Notes: generated from the sequence alone by a model not told the origin. DNA of 64,000 bases from an uncultured Chloroflexia bacterium (GCA_963734935.1 CAVTIO010000003.1:214489-278488), one strand, 5' to 3'; positions 20,934 to 30,038 are shown, counted from the first letter of the stretch. Numbers and translations are program-made.

Positions 20934-21801
20934 GTCGATGAGCGCGAGCGCCGCGACGACCGCGGCCCCGGCGGTGACGCGGCCGTCCCGCTGGTCCCGC
21001 CTCGGGCAAGTCATCACGAACTACGCGGCCTACGTGTACGTGATCGCGGCGATCGCCTACCTGATGCTGCCGATCGTCGTGATCGCCCTGTTCAGCTTCA
21101 ACGACCCGATCAGTCGGAGCAACCTCGTCTGGCACGGGTTCACGCTCAAGTACTGGACGGATCCGTTCGGGGTCCCCGGCCTGGGCGACGCGGTGACGGT
21201 CAGCCTGCAGATCGCGTTCCTGTCGACCATCATCGCGACCACGCTGGGCACGCTGATCGCGCTCGCCCTGGTCCGCTACCGCTTCCGCGGGCGGGGCCCG
21301 ATCGACGCCATCATCTTCCTGCCCATGGCCACCCCAGAGATCGTGATGGGCGCATCGCTGCTGACGATGTTCGTGGCCATCGCGAAACCGCCGTTCTTCC
21401 CCCTCAACACGCTCACGATCCTGATCGCCCACATCATGTTCGACATCAGCTTCGTGGTGGTCACCGTGCGGGCCCGGCTTGCGGGGCTCGACCGGCACCT
21501 CGAGGAGGCGGCCATGGACCTGGGCGCCAACGAGTGGGTGACGTTCTGGCGGGTCACCTTCCCGCTGATCCTGCCGGGCATCGTGGCCGCCGGCCTGCTC
21601 GCGTTCAGCCTCTCGATCGATGACTTCGTGGTCACGAACTTCACGGCCGGTCGAACGCTCACGTTCCCGATGTTCATCTGGGGCTCGGCGCGTATCGGCG
21701 TGCCGGTGCAGGTGAACGTGATCGGGACCATGATCTTCCTGATCGGCATCCTGTTCGTGGTCCTCAGCGTCCTGTTCCAGCGGCGCCGCGAGACGCACTG
21801 A
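20923..21801 (+). CDS. potC: spermidine/putrescine ABC transporter permease
   Basis: Second BPD_transp_1 permease. Start is either the GTG in the track or the ATG (MSASAATT) about 15 nt later. Confidence 0.8.
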   Translation: MGSESMSASAATTAAPAVTRPSRWSRLGQVITNYAAYVYVIAAIAYLMLPIVVIALFSFNDPISRSNLVWHGFTLKYWTDPFGVPGLGDAVTVSLQIAFLSTIIATTLGTLIALALVRYRFRGRGPIDAIIFLPMATPEIVMGASLLTMFVAIAKPPFFPLNTLTILIAHIMFDISFVVVTVRARLAGLDRHLEEAAMDLGANEWVTFWRVTFPLILPGIVAAGLLAFSLSIDDFVVTNFTAGRTLTFPMFIWGSARIGVPVQVNVIGTMIFLIGILFVVLSVLFQRRRETH

Positions 21802-21836
21802 GCCCAGAGCCTGAAGCCGAGCTACAGGAGCCCATC

Positions 21837-23153
21837 ATGGTCGACGCGCTGCCCTCTGCCCCTCCCCTGCCCGACCGGTCGGTGGTGCCCCCGGTCTGGA
21901 GCCGGATCACCAACCTGGTCGTGGACCACGGTGAGGGCTCCTGGCTGGTGACCCCAGACGGCGATCGGTATCTCGACTACACCTCCGGGATCGGGGTCAC
22001 CAACACGGGACACGCCCATCCACGCGTGGTTGCCGCCGTCCAGGCACAGGCGGCGAAGCTGCTCCATGGCCAGCAGAACATCGTCTACCACGAGCCCGGG
22101 CTGCGCCTCTACGAGCGGCTTGCGGGCCTGCTCCCGGGCGGCCCCTGGTCCGCGTTCCTGGCCAACTCGGGTGCCGAGGCGGTCGAGGCGGCAGTCAAGC
22201 TCGCCCGGGTGGCCACCGGTCGGCCGGCGATCATCGCGTTCCGCTACAGCTTCCACGGCCGTACCGCCCAGACGATGGCGCTCACGGCCGCCAAGGACGT
22301 CTACCGCGGGGCGTTCGAGCCGCTGCCGGGGTCGGTCTACCACGCAGCCTACCCGTACTGCTACCGCGCCTCCGGCGGCGCCCACGACCCCGACGATCAC
22401 TGCACCTGCGACTGGGAGGCGCAGCTCGACCTCCTGTTCCACCAGCTCGTCTATCCCGACCGCGTCGCGGCGATCATCATCGAGCCCGTGATCGGCGAGG
22501 GTGGCTACATCGTTCCCCCGCCGGGCTTCCTGCCCCGTCTGCGCGAGATCACCCGTGAGCACGGCATCCTGCTCATCGCCGACGAGGTCCAGACGGGGTT
22601 CGGGCGGACGGGCGAGCTGTTCGCGGTCCGCCACTGGGACGTCGAGCCCGACATCCTGGTCATGGCCAAGGGGATCGCGTCCGGGCTGCCGCTGTCCGGG
22701 ATCCTGGCCCGTCGCGATCTGATGGATCGGTTCCCGCCCGGCTCGCACGGCGGCACCTATGGCGGAAACGTCGTCGCCTGCGCGGCAGCCCTCGCAACGC
22801 TCGATGTCATCGAGGACGAGGGGCTCGTGGCCAACGCCCGCGAGCGTGGTCAGCAGCTGCTCGCCGGCCTGCGTGCTGTCGCGGAGCGCCACCCGGCGAT
22901 CGGCGATGTCCGGGGCCTCGGCCTCATGGTTGCGATGGAGCTCGTGAGGCCCGGCGTCGGTGATGGCCGGTCGCCGGACGCGGCGCTCACCAAGCGCGTC
23001 CAGCAGGCGTGCTTCGATCGCGGTCTGCTGCTGCTGACCGCGGGCAGCCACGCGAACGTGATCCGGATCATCCCGCCGCTGGTGACGACCGCCGAGGAGG
23101 TCGACGAGGCGCTGGTCATCGTGGCCGAGGCCCTGGACATCGCAGGGGCCTGA
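21837..23153 (+). CDS. class-III PLP-dependent aminotransferase (putrescine/GABA aminotransferase-like)
   Basis: Aminotran_3 family. GIGVTNTGHAHPRVVAAVQ, DEVQTGFGRTG, and the PLP lysine in LVMAKGIASGLP. Immediately downstream of potADBC. Confidence 0.85.
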   Translation: MVDALPSAPPLPDRSVVPPVWSRITNLVVDHGEGSWLVTPDGDRYLDYTSGIGVTNTGHAHPRVVAAVQAQAAKLLHGQQNIVYHEPGLRLYERLAGLLPGGPWSAFLANSGAEAVEAAVKLARVATGRPAIIAFRYSFHGRTAQTMALTAAKDVYRGAFEPLPGSVYHAAYPYCYRASGGAHDPDDHCTCDWEAQLDLLFHQLVYPDRVAAIIIEPVIGEGGYIVPPPGFLPRLREITREHGILLIADEVQTGFGRTGELFAVRHWDVEPDILVMAKGIASGLPLSGILARRDLMDRFPPGSHGGTYGGNVVACAAALATLDVIEDEGLVANARERGQQLLAGLRAVAERHPAIGDVRGLGLMVAMELVRPGVGDGRSPDAALTKRVQQACFDRGLLLLTAGSHANVIRIIPPLVTTAEEVDEALVIVAEALDIAGA

Positions 23154-23181
23154 CGCTCGCCGGCACCGGGGTTCACCAGCC

Positions 23182-23862
23182 GTGTCCGATCCCTCTGACA
23201 CCACGCATGACCAGGTCACCCTGCGGGCGGCCCGGGCACGGGTCGAGGCGCTCTTCCGCCGGTTCAATCGGCTGACGCCCGACGAGCTGGGCCGGGTCGG
23301 GCTGCTGCGTTCACCCGAGGAGCGCGCGGCGCTGCTCGCCGCCGTTGACACGGCCGCGAGCGAGGCGGGGCGCCAGGAGCTCGTGGCCGAGGCCAGGGAG
23401 CAGGCGCGCGACATCGTCATGCGCCGGTACTCGGATGGCACGTTTCGCCCGACCTGGATCGCGCTCAACTGGGGGCTGTCCGGGGGCACGGTCGGCGACC
23501 GCGTGGCCGTGGTCGAGGCGCTCGCGGATGCGGCTGCGGCCGCCGCCGTTGCGGATGTGCTCGATCGGGACGCCGCTGCGGCGCTCGCGGCCGACGCGGA
23601 GCACGTCCTCGATCTCGCGGGCGGGTCGGCATTCGACGGCGCGCTCGGGCGTGCGCTTCGTCAGCCCGAGGATCCTGCCCTCCGGCGCACGCCGCGGCGG
23701 CAGCGGGCCGTCCTCGCCGTGGTGGCGGTCATCGTTGTCCTGATCTCGCTCGCCGGGCTGGCAGTCGGAACCGTGCAGGGCGTGATCGGCAGCCTTCTCG
23801 CGGTCGTCATCGCGGTCGGGTTCGTCTACTGGCTGCTCGCGCGATCGAGCGACCGCCCCTGA
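23182..23862 (+). CDS. hypothetical protein with C-terminal TM anchor
   Basis: GTG start. Ala-rich soluble part. C-terminal VLAVVAVIVVLISLAGLAVGTVQGVIGSLLAVVIAVGFVYWLL. Good GC3 bias. No recognisable family. Confidence 0.45.
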   Translation: MSDPSDTTHDQVTLRAARARVEALFRRFNRLTPDELGRVGLLRSPEERAALLAAVDTAASEAGRQELVAEAREQARDIVMRRYSDGTFRPTWIALNWGLSGGTVGDRVAVVEALADAAAAAAVADVLDRDAAAALAADAEHVLDLAGGSAFDGALGRALRQPEDPALRRTPRRQRAVLAVVAVIVVLISLAGLAVGTVQGVIGSLLAVVIAVGFVYWLLARSSDRP

Positions 23863-23895
23863 GCGCGGTCGAGCGTTCCCGGCTCCGGCGATCGC

Positions 23896-24750
23896 TCAGC
23901 CGCCCGACGTCTCCCGGACGCGGCGGAGCGTCGCGTCGTGGACGAGCCCGTTCGAGGCCACGAACGACGGCGCATCGATCCGACGCACGCCCTCGATATC
24001 GCTGACACGCCCGCCGGCCTCCTCGACCAGGACCTGGGGTGCCGCCAGGTCCCAGGGGTGCGCACCAACCTCGAGCGTCACCTCCGCGGCGCCTTCGGCC
24101 ACCAGCGTGTAGCACCAGAAATCGCCGAACCCGCGCGTTCTCCAGGCCGAGTCGAGCAATGCGTCAAACCCGGGCATGAGACCGCTCGCCCTCGCGTCCG
24201 AGCTGCTTCCGTAGACCAGCTGCGAATCCTCCAGCGCGGCGATCCGGGAGACCGAGATCCGGCGCTCGCCGTCGGCGCCCCGGTTCCACGCTCCGCCGCC
24301 CCGCCACGCGAACCACCGCTCTCGCATCGCCGGCGCCGAGATCACGCCGACCTGCGGCTCGCCCTCATGCTCGACGGCAAGCAGCGTTGCGAACACGGGG
24401 ATGCCACGGATGTAGTTGTGGGTGGCATCGATCGGGTCGATCACCCAGCGCGTGACTGCGTCGCCAGCAGCCTCGCCGTACTCCTCCCCCGCCAGGCCGT
24501 GGTCCGGGTAGCGCGCGCTGATCCGGTCGCGGATCTCCCGTTCGATCGCCTGGTCGGCCGCGGTCACGAACGTCCGGTCCGGCTTTCGGCTGGTCGCGAT
24601 CTCGCGGCGGAAGTGCGCCATCGCCAGCGCGTCCGCCGCGTCGCACGCCTCGAGGGCGAAGGACAACCACTCACGCAGGACGGGCTCGGACACCCGGGCG
24701 AGGGACGCAGACCAGGTGGCGCCGAACTCGGGAACGCTCATGCCCGACAT
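23896..24750 (-). CDS. inositol monophosphatase family protein (IMPase / HisN-type histidinol-phosphatase / FBPase-like)
   Basis: IMPase motifs WVIDPIDATHNYIRGIPVF and the WDLAAPQVLVEEAGG C-terminal motif. Start moved to MSGMSVPEF, about 24750. The track's 138-aa Arg/Gly-rich N-terminus is implausible. Confidence 0.8.
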   Translation of the reverse strand: MSGMSVPEFGATWSASLARVSEPVLREWLSFALEACDAADALAMAHFRREIATSRKPDRTFVTAADQAIEREIRDRISARYPDHGLAGEEYGEAAGDAVTRWVIDPIDATHNYIRGIPVFATLLAVEHEGEPQVGVISAPAMRERWFAWRGGGAWNRGADGERRISVSRIAALEDSQLVYGSSSDARASGLMPGFDALLDSAWRTRGFGDFWCYTLVAEGAAEVTLEVGAHPWDLAAPQVLVEEAGGRVSDIEGVRRIDAPSFVASNGLVHDATLRRVRETSGG

Positions 24751-24827
24751 GATGCCCCACGGTCCATGCGGGCGGAGGAGCAGCACAGCGGATGGCCACG
24801 CAGCGGCAGGCTCGGGTGACCGCCCTG

Positions 24828-25430
24828 TCAGGAAAGCGGTCCGAACGCCTCCGGATACCGGACCGTGCCCGCCATCGCCTCGTCCCACGCCGGCAGGCGG
24901 CGGGCCATCCATGCCTCGTCGGGCCAGGCTGCGGCAGGCGGTTCGAGACCGACCGCCCGGGCCGGCTCGAACCCGAACCGCCCGTAGTACTCGGGATAGC
25001 CCAGCAGAACCAGCGCGGGTGCGGCACGCGCGACGGCCAGACCCAGCGCGGCCGTCATGAGCGCCGATCCGACCCCGCGCAGCTGGATCGTTGGCCGAAC
25101 GGCCATGGGCCCGATGGCTAGCACGATCGCCAGGACCCGGCCATCGGCATCCTCGACCGGACATGGCGTCAGCAACAGGTGCCCCAGGACCTCGTCGGCG
25201 CCATCGATCGCAACCAGCGACTGCCAGCCCTCAGGTCGCTCGGCCCGGATCCGATCGACGATGTCGGCCTCCTCCGGACCGGCGAACGCAGCCAGCTCGA
25301 CGGCCCGCACCCCGGGCACGTCACCCGGCGTCTCGAGCCGCACGGAGACCTGAAGCTGAGCCGGCCGAACGCGGATCAGCGGCTCGCCCGTCCCGCCGTT
25401 CACGAGCCCGTCAGCGCCCCGGCGTGCCAC
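24828..25430 (-). CDS. GNAT family N-acetyltransferase
   Basis: Acetyl-CoA binding motif A (IQLRGVGSALMTAALGLA). The start could be internal. Confidence 0.7.
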   Translation of the reverse strand: MARRGADGLVNGGTGEPLIRVRPAQLQVSVRLETPGDVPGVRAVELAAFAGPEEADIVDRIRAERPEGWQSLVAIDGADEVLGHLLLTPCPVEDADGRVLAIVLAIGPMAVRPTIQLRGVGSALMTAALGLAVARAAPALVLLGYPEYYGRFGFEPARAVGLEPPAAAWPDEAWMARRLPAWDEAMAGTVRYPEAFGPLS

Positions 25431-25449
25431 CCGGTGCGGCTGCGCATGA

Positions 25450-26853
25450 TCAGGCGCCGACCGCGTTGCGCAGCGCCTCGGGCACCGGGCGACTGACCGC
25501 TACCGGCTTGATGTATCGCTCCACGAGCACCATCGAGCCGCTCACCTTGAGGTTGCTGAACAGGAACGCGATCTTGGCGGCCTGGCTGGCGAGGATCTCG
25601 TCCTTCGTCTCCAGCTCCCACAGCTCGCGCTTCAGCGGGCCGATCGCCTTCTTTCGCGTCGTGTACAGGAACTGCTCTTCGGTCTGGCCCTCCTTGCGCT
25701 CACCGGCCGCCTTGCTCCGGCACCAGTCGTTCACCGCCTCCATCAGGGAGGACGGGAACGCCGGATGGTCGTAGAGCGCGTTCTGGAAACCCGTCGCGAG
25801 GTGGATCTCGGCCGTCTCGACCGTCGGGAAGTGATGGAACAGCTCGTCGGGCAGGGTCGAGGCGCCGTGCTGCACGGCACCCGCAAGCCCGTACTCGCGT
25901 GCGATCACGCCCAGCTTGGCCAGGACGTCGAAGTCGAGCTTGACCGCGGCAACCCCGCCACCCGGAAGCGGAACGCCACCGTGTGACGTCCCCGTCTGGA
26001 CGCTGACCTTGGACAGCCCCCTGGCTCCCGGAGCCTGCCGCTCAAGCTCGCCTGTATAGCCGTCGAGGTAGGCCCTGAGCTCCTCGGGCGTCGAGTTCTG
26101 CTTGCCGACCTCGCCGATCTCGCCGCCCACACTCACGGTCACGCCGTCCGTCTCGAGGCTGCGGATCAGCGCGGTGAGCTCCGCGGCACGGGTGTAGTTC
26201 TCGCGCTGCTCCTCGTCCACGTTGGGCTTCGAGAGATCGACCAGCGTCGAGCTATCGATGTCGATATTGCGGTATCCGGCATCGATCGCCAGGCGGCAGG
26301 CGCGCCGGATCTCCTCGGTCATCGCCTCGGGGTCGGCGGCGTACTTCTTGGCGTTGAACTGGTAGTGGTCGCCCTGGATGAACACCGGGCCGCGCCAGCC
26401 AGCCGCGATCGCCCCTGCCAGCACCGATGTCGCGAAGTCCCTCGGACGCTGATAGGTGTAGGTCTGCTCGCTGCGGGCAATCTCGAAGATCAGCGCGCCG
26501 ACATCGGCCTTCTCGGCCGTCTCGTAGATCGTTCGCGCCATGTCGAAGGTCTGCGCGCGGAGGTTGATCGCCGGCACCGTGAAGCCCGAGACCTCGCCAC
26601 GGCTGCGAGCCATGTACAGCTCCTGGATGCTCGCGGACCGGGCACCCAGCGCCTGGCTGGCCTCCCACACGATCCAGCGGGCGGCCTCGGCGGTCGGATC
26701 GTCCGACGTGAAGGCCGCCGTCCAGGCCAGATCGTAGACAGCCTCGGATCGGAAGCGGGCCTCGTCGTCGACGACCAGGGCACCGCCGTCAATATGAGCG
26801 ATCTCGTCGAGGCGGGCGAGTAGGTCGACGGGCGAGGTCGCGACGTAGGGCAT
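25450..26853 (-). CDS. class II (metal-dependent) fructose/ketose-bisphosphate aldolase family protein, long form (about 467 aa)
   Basis: F_bP_aldolase pattern GFTVPAINLRAQTFDMARTIYETAEKADVGALIFEIARSEQTY, plus metal-ligand regions IQGDHYQ, GEIGEVG and HGASTLPDE. Start moved to MPYVATSPVDL at 26853 with an AGGAGA RBS. Confidence 0.65.
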   Translation of the reverse strand: MPYVATSPVDLLARLDEIAHIDGGALVVDDEARFRSEAVYDLAWTAAFTSDDPTAEAARWIVWEASQALGARSASIQELYMARSRGEVSGFTVPAINLRAQTFDMARTIYETAEKADVGALIFEIARSEQTYTYQRPRDFATSVLAGAIAAGWRGPVFIQGDHYQFNAKKYAADPEAMTEEIRRACRLAIDAGYRNIDIDSSTLVDLSKPNVDEEQRENYTRAAELTALIRSLETDGVTVSVGGEIGEVGKQNSTPEELRAYLDGYTGELERQAPGARGLSKVSVQTGTSHGGVPLPGGGVAAVKLDFDVLAKLGVIAREYGLAGAVQHGASTLPDELFHHFPTVETAEIHLATGFQNALYDHPAFPSSLMEAVNDWCRSKAAGERKEGQTEEQFLYTTRKKAIGPLKRELWELETKDEILASQAAKIAFLFSNLKVSGSMVLVERYIKPVAVSRPVPEALRNAVGA

Positions 26854-27054
26854 GGCGGGGGTCTCCTGTTGGTCTCGACGTGATGGTAGCCGGGGCGGCT
26901 CGAATCCATCGACGTCGGCGCACCGGCGTCGAGCACAAGCGTGCGCCAACCGACCGTCGGGCAACAGGCGCAGCGGGGCGAACGAGAACGACACAACGCG
27001 TGTCCGAGGGGGCCGCTCGGCACGCGCCGGATGGGCCGAAGCGGCCCGCCCGGC

Positions 27055-27561
27055 TCAGAACACGGGCTTCGTCACCATCAGGATCACGATCAGGACGATC
27101 ATCACGGTCAGGAACATGCCGCCACGCGCCAATCGCTGCGCCGTCGCCGCGACCTCCGGTGGCGGTCCGGCCGGAGCGCCGGCAGGCGGAGCGCCGGCAG
27201 GCGGTCCCCCGGCAGGCGGTCCCCCGGCCGTGAGCTTGACCATCTTCTCGGCCGCCGGCGCCTGGACAAAGATGGCGTACAGGACGGCGATCAGGTAGAG
27301 GACGATCGACACGGACAGCCAGAGGTAGGTCCCGGCGTTCGGATACCAGCCCGTGAGGAAGATCAGGGCGACGCCGGTGATGCCCTGCACGATCGCCCCC
27401 GGAATGACGATCCGGCGCTCGATCAGGTCCATGACCACGGCCGCGAAGTGACCGTTCTGGGGAGACATCGCGGCCTGGCGCGAGATCAGCGGAAACGCGA
27501 ATGTCGGACCGAACACCGCGATCGCACCAAGCACGTGCAGGACCAGGAACAGCTGGATCAT
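27055..27561 (-). CDS. DUF2269-like integral membrane protein with an internal (PAGG)n repeat loop
   Basis: Start MIQLFLVLHVLGAIAVFG at 27561 with a GAGGAGG RBS. Four TM helices. The loop GGPPAGGPPAGAPPAGAPAGPPP is encoded by a 15-nt tandem repeat. Confidence 0.6.
   Translation of the reverse strand: MIQLFLVLHVLGAIAVFGPTFAFPLISRQAAMSPQNGHFAAVVMDLIERRIVIPGAIVQGITGVALIFLTGWYPNAGTYLWLSVSIVLYLIAVLYAIFVQAPAAEKMVKLTAGGPPAGGPPAGAPPAGAPAGPPPEVAATAQRLARGGMFLTVMIVLIVILMVTKPVF
27162..27227. repeat. about four tandem copies of a 15-nt unit (GGAGCGCCGGCAGGC x2, GGTCCCCCGGCAGGC x2) inside the DUF2269 gene
   Basis: Direct reading of the + strand at 27163-27227. The repeat is in frame and encodes a Pro/Ala/Gly repeat. 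Confidence 0.6.
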
Positions 27562-27717
27562 TGGCGCCTCCTCTGGCGCGTCGCGGGCGGGCTCACCCGG
27601 CCTCGTCGGGACGCGTGACAGTTGCGATGAATGTACGACAAGGCCGACCGGACCGTGCGCCCGTTGCGGCTGGCGAACGACGCTGCCCAAGGGGCGGATG
27701 CGCGGCGAGCCGGCGTC

Positions 27718-28563
27718 TCAGGGCGTTGGCCCGGCCAGGTCGCGAAGCAGCTCAATCCGGCGCTGCTGCCCCCGCTCGAAGTCCGCGGTGCTGACGCCGG
27801 TTCTCCCGGCCAGCTCGTCGGTGATCGCCCACGAGAAATGCTCGAACCGCGCCGCGCCCGGGTCCCAGGTCGCGATGACCGCCGGCCCGAAGCGATGGAT
27901 GTGACCCTCAGCATCCCGTGACACGGGCCGCAGGTAGTGCGCCGCGACCACCCGGGACACGCCATTCCCCGTCGGCGCCAGGATGAGGACCATGCCGAGC
28001 CGCGTCAGCTCGTCGTCCATCGCCCCCACCGGTTGGGCCGCCAGCGCGGACAGCACGTGCTCGAGTCGAGCTCCCCGCGTCGTCGCGAGCATGCCGTAAC
28101 CGACGGACAGCGCCCGGATTGCAACCAGAGCCCGCTCGCCCCAGGTCGTGGCGCTTGACCGTCCACCGCCGGCATCTCCCGAGTCGAGATCCGCGACCAT
28201 GACCGTCGGCTGCCGCTGACGCGCCACCCGCTCCTGCGACTCCCGACTCAGCTGTCGATCTCGATGCCAGCCAAGCTCGGCAGCCTCCGGCATCCAGCCG
28301 AACGACTCCTCCTCACCAGCCAACACGACGACGGCGGTCCCGGGCGCGCGAAGGTCGAGCAGCGCCCCTCGCACCTCGGCGGCGTCTGACGGGGTCGACG
28401 CGGCAACGATCGAGGGCACGTTCGCCTCGACCAGCAGCCAGACCAGGGCGGCCAGCTCCGTATCCAGGACGCCATTCCGGATCAGGGAGACGAGGCGATC
28501 GGGCTGGTCCACAGGGGCTCGATCCACCGGGAGGTCTCCTGTCGGCCCTGCGTGTGACGGCAA
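27718..28563 (-). CDS. hypothetical protein (281 aa), no recognisable domain
   Basis: Long ORF with strong GC3 bias, co-directional with and 27 nt downstream of the SH3 lipoprotein gene. No signal peptide. Confidence 0.5.
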   Translation of the reverse strand: MPSHAGPTGDLPVDRAPVDQPDRLVSLIRNGVLDTELAALVWLLVEANVPSIVAASTPSDAAEVRGALLDLRAPGTAVVVLAGEEESFGWMPEAAELGWHRDRQLSRESQERVARQRQPTVMVADLDSGDAGGGRSSATTWGERALVAIRALSVGYGMLATTRGARLEHVLSALAAQPVGAMDDELTRLGMVLILAPTGNGVSRVVAAHYLRPVSRDAEGHIHRFGPAVIATWDPGAARFEHFSWAITDELAGRTGVSTADFERGQQRRIELLRDLAGPTP

Positions 28564-28590
28564 CGTCGCGCGGTGGAGCCGTCGAGTCGC

Positions 28591-29013
28591 CTACTCGAAG
28601 AAGCCCGCGGCCGCGTACACCGACGGCAAGCCGTACGTCGACCTGACGGACTTGCCACCAACCTTCGTGATCCGGTACCAGGTGTCGCCACCGGTCCCGC
28701 AGCTGCCGGCGGTGTAGCTGTCGCCTGTGACGACCTCGGCCGCGCGCACCTTGACGCCGGTCGAGACGCGGCCAACCAGCGCGCCCGTGGTCGACGCGTC
28801 GGCTCGGAGCGCGATGCCGTTGCACTGTGCGACGAGGTTGCGCGGTAGCGACTCGTCGACGACCGGTGCGGAGCTGGGCTCGGCCGATGGTGCCTGCGAC
28901 TCGACAGGGGCGGCGCTCACCGGGGCCTCGGACGGCGCCTCCGTTGCTGAAGAGCCTCCGCAGGCGGCGAGGCTAACGAGGATCAGGCTGACGGCAAGCG
29001 CGCGACCCAGCAT
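28591..29013 (-). CDS. secreted lipoprotein with bacterial SH3-like domain
   Basis: Signal peptide with lipobox MLGRALAVSLILVSLAACGG. Ser/Ala/Pro linker. C-terminal SH3b-like segment (GDTWYRITKVGGKSVRSTYGLP). Confidence 0.6.
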   Translation of the reverse strand: MLGRALAVSLILVSLAACGGSSATEAPSEAPVSAAPVESQAPSAEPSSAPVVDESLPRNLVAQCNGIALRADASTTGALVGRVSTGVKVRAAEVVTGDSYTAGSCGTGGDTWYRITKVGGKSVRSTYGLPSVYAAAGFFE

Positions 29014-29514
29014 TCCGACTCCTTCCCAGTGCTCGTGCCCCCATGCGATCGAGCGCGATCGGCACGGACGACTTCGACTCGCTCCTCAAGGATAGGCTCC
29101 CGGCACCAGTCGGGGCGGCCATCGCCACGACGTTCGGCGTCGCACCGGTGTCTCGACAGACAGCGACCGCACGTGGACCGTCGACCGCCCGACCGTGGAG
29201 CACAGGCCCGAACCATGGACGGCCATGACCAGCACGCGTCCCAACCTTGACCTCCGCCGGCCCGAGCGAACTGGGCGCGACTGTCTCCGCGCGGGCCAGC
29301 CTGACCGCGCGCACGGCGGCACGATCGCGGCTCGCGCGCTGCCACGACCGGGCCGCAGACGTCGCACGCCCCCTGACCCGCTACCCTTCTGAGCGCCCCG
29401 GCTGTTTCCCGGCCGGGGCGTTTCATGCCCGGATGGGCCACAGGCAGGCGAAGCTCAATGCCTTGTCAAGGCTCGCCTCGTGCCTTGCGCCCCGGCAACG
29501 CATTCAGCGCCCCG

Positions 29515-29560
29515 GGTCCGCACCGCGCCTGATCGATCGGCAGCGCAAGCGCGCGACCGG
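29515..29560. promoter_or_regulatory. copy A of an approximately 40-nt imperfect direct repeat with a palindromic core (TCGATCGG), about 40 nt upstream of the small membrane ORF
   Basis: CCTGATCGATCGGCAGCGCAAGCGCGCGACCGGGGCGCC. About 32 of 39 positions match copy B. Lies inside a roughly 1-kb poorly coding region. Confidence 0.3.
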
Positions 29561-29599
29561 GGCGCCTTGGCCGTTGCGCCGCACGCCTACGATGGCGGA

Positions 29600-29863
29600 A
29601 TGGACGGCAGGCGAACGCGCCGCTGGTGGGTCGGGTTGGCGATTGGCTTCGGCCTGGTGGTGGTCGGCATGGTCATCGTCGCCTTCGCCGGTTCAGCGGT
29701 GCTCTACTCGGCACACGGCGCGAGCGCCCCGGATTTGCCGGTCGGCATCGCGGCGCTTGGGTCGCTCGCCACCGTGGTGGTCTGCGCGCTTGCGTGGATG
29801 GTGCACCTCGTCCGTCAGACCAGTGAGGACGAGCCGCCGCCCTGGCGCTACCGGGATCGCTGA
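29600..29863 (+). CDS. hypothetical small membrane protein (2 TM)
   Basis: MDGRRTRRWWVGLAIGFGLVVVGMVIVAFAG...LGSLATVVVCALAWMVHLV. Start chosen at the internal M of track ORF 29480..29863. Confidence 0.35.
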   Translation: MDGRRTRRWWVGLAIGFGLVVVGMVIVAFAGSAVLYSAHGASAPDLPVGIAALGSLATVVVCALAWMVHLVRQTSEDEPPPWRYRDR

Positions 29864-29984
29864 GCCGCCCTCGGACGGTCACGCCAGCCATTCCCCGATT
29901 GGCTGGCCTGCTCCCATGGTCCGGACGGGGCAGGTGCCGCGCAGCATAGACACTCGACAACCCCGGATCAATCCTGGCGCGCTC

Positions 29985-30030
29985 CAGGCCTGACCGATCG
30001 GCGGGGCCAGCGGGCGACCGGGGCGCTACT
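29985..30030. promoter_or_regulatory. copy B of the direct repeat (core CCGATCGG), immediately upstream of the GNAT gene start at 30039
   Basis: CCTGACCGATCGGCGGGGCCAGCGGGCGACCGGGGCGCT. Confidence 0.3.
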
Positions 30031-30038
30031 GTGTCGCC

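Noticed and set aside
27020-27045. Hairpin GGGCCG-AAG-CGGCCC downstream of the DUF2269 gene as a terminator
   Set aside because: The stem is short and there is no U-tract. It is plausible but too weak to list as a feature.
29392-29418. GC-rich 9-bp-stem hairpin as an intrinsic terminator feature
   Set aside because: It is not followed by a proper U-tract on either strand, and no convergent gene ends there. It is reported only within the finding on the poorly coding island.
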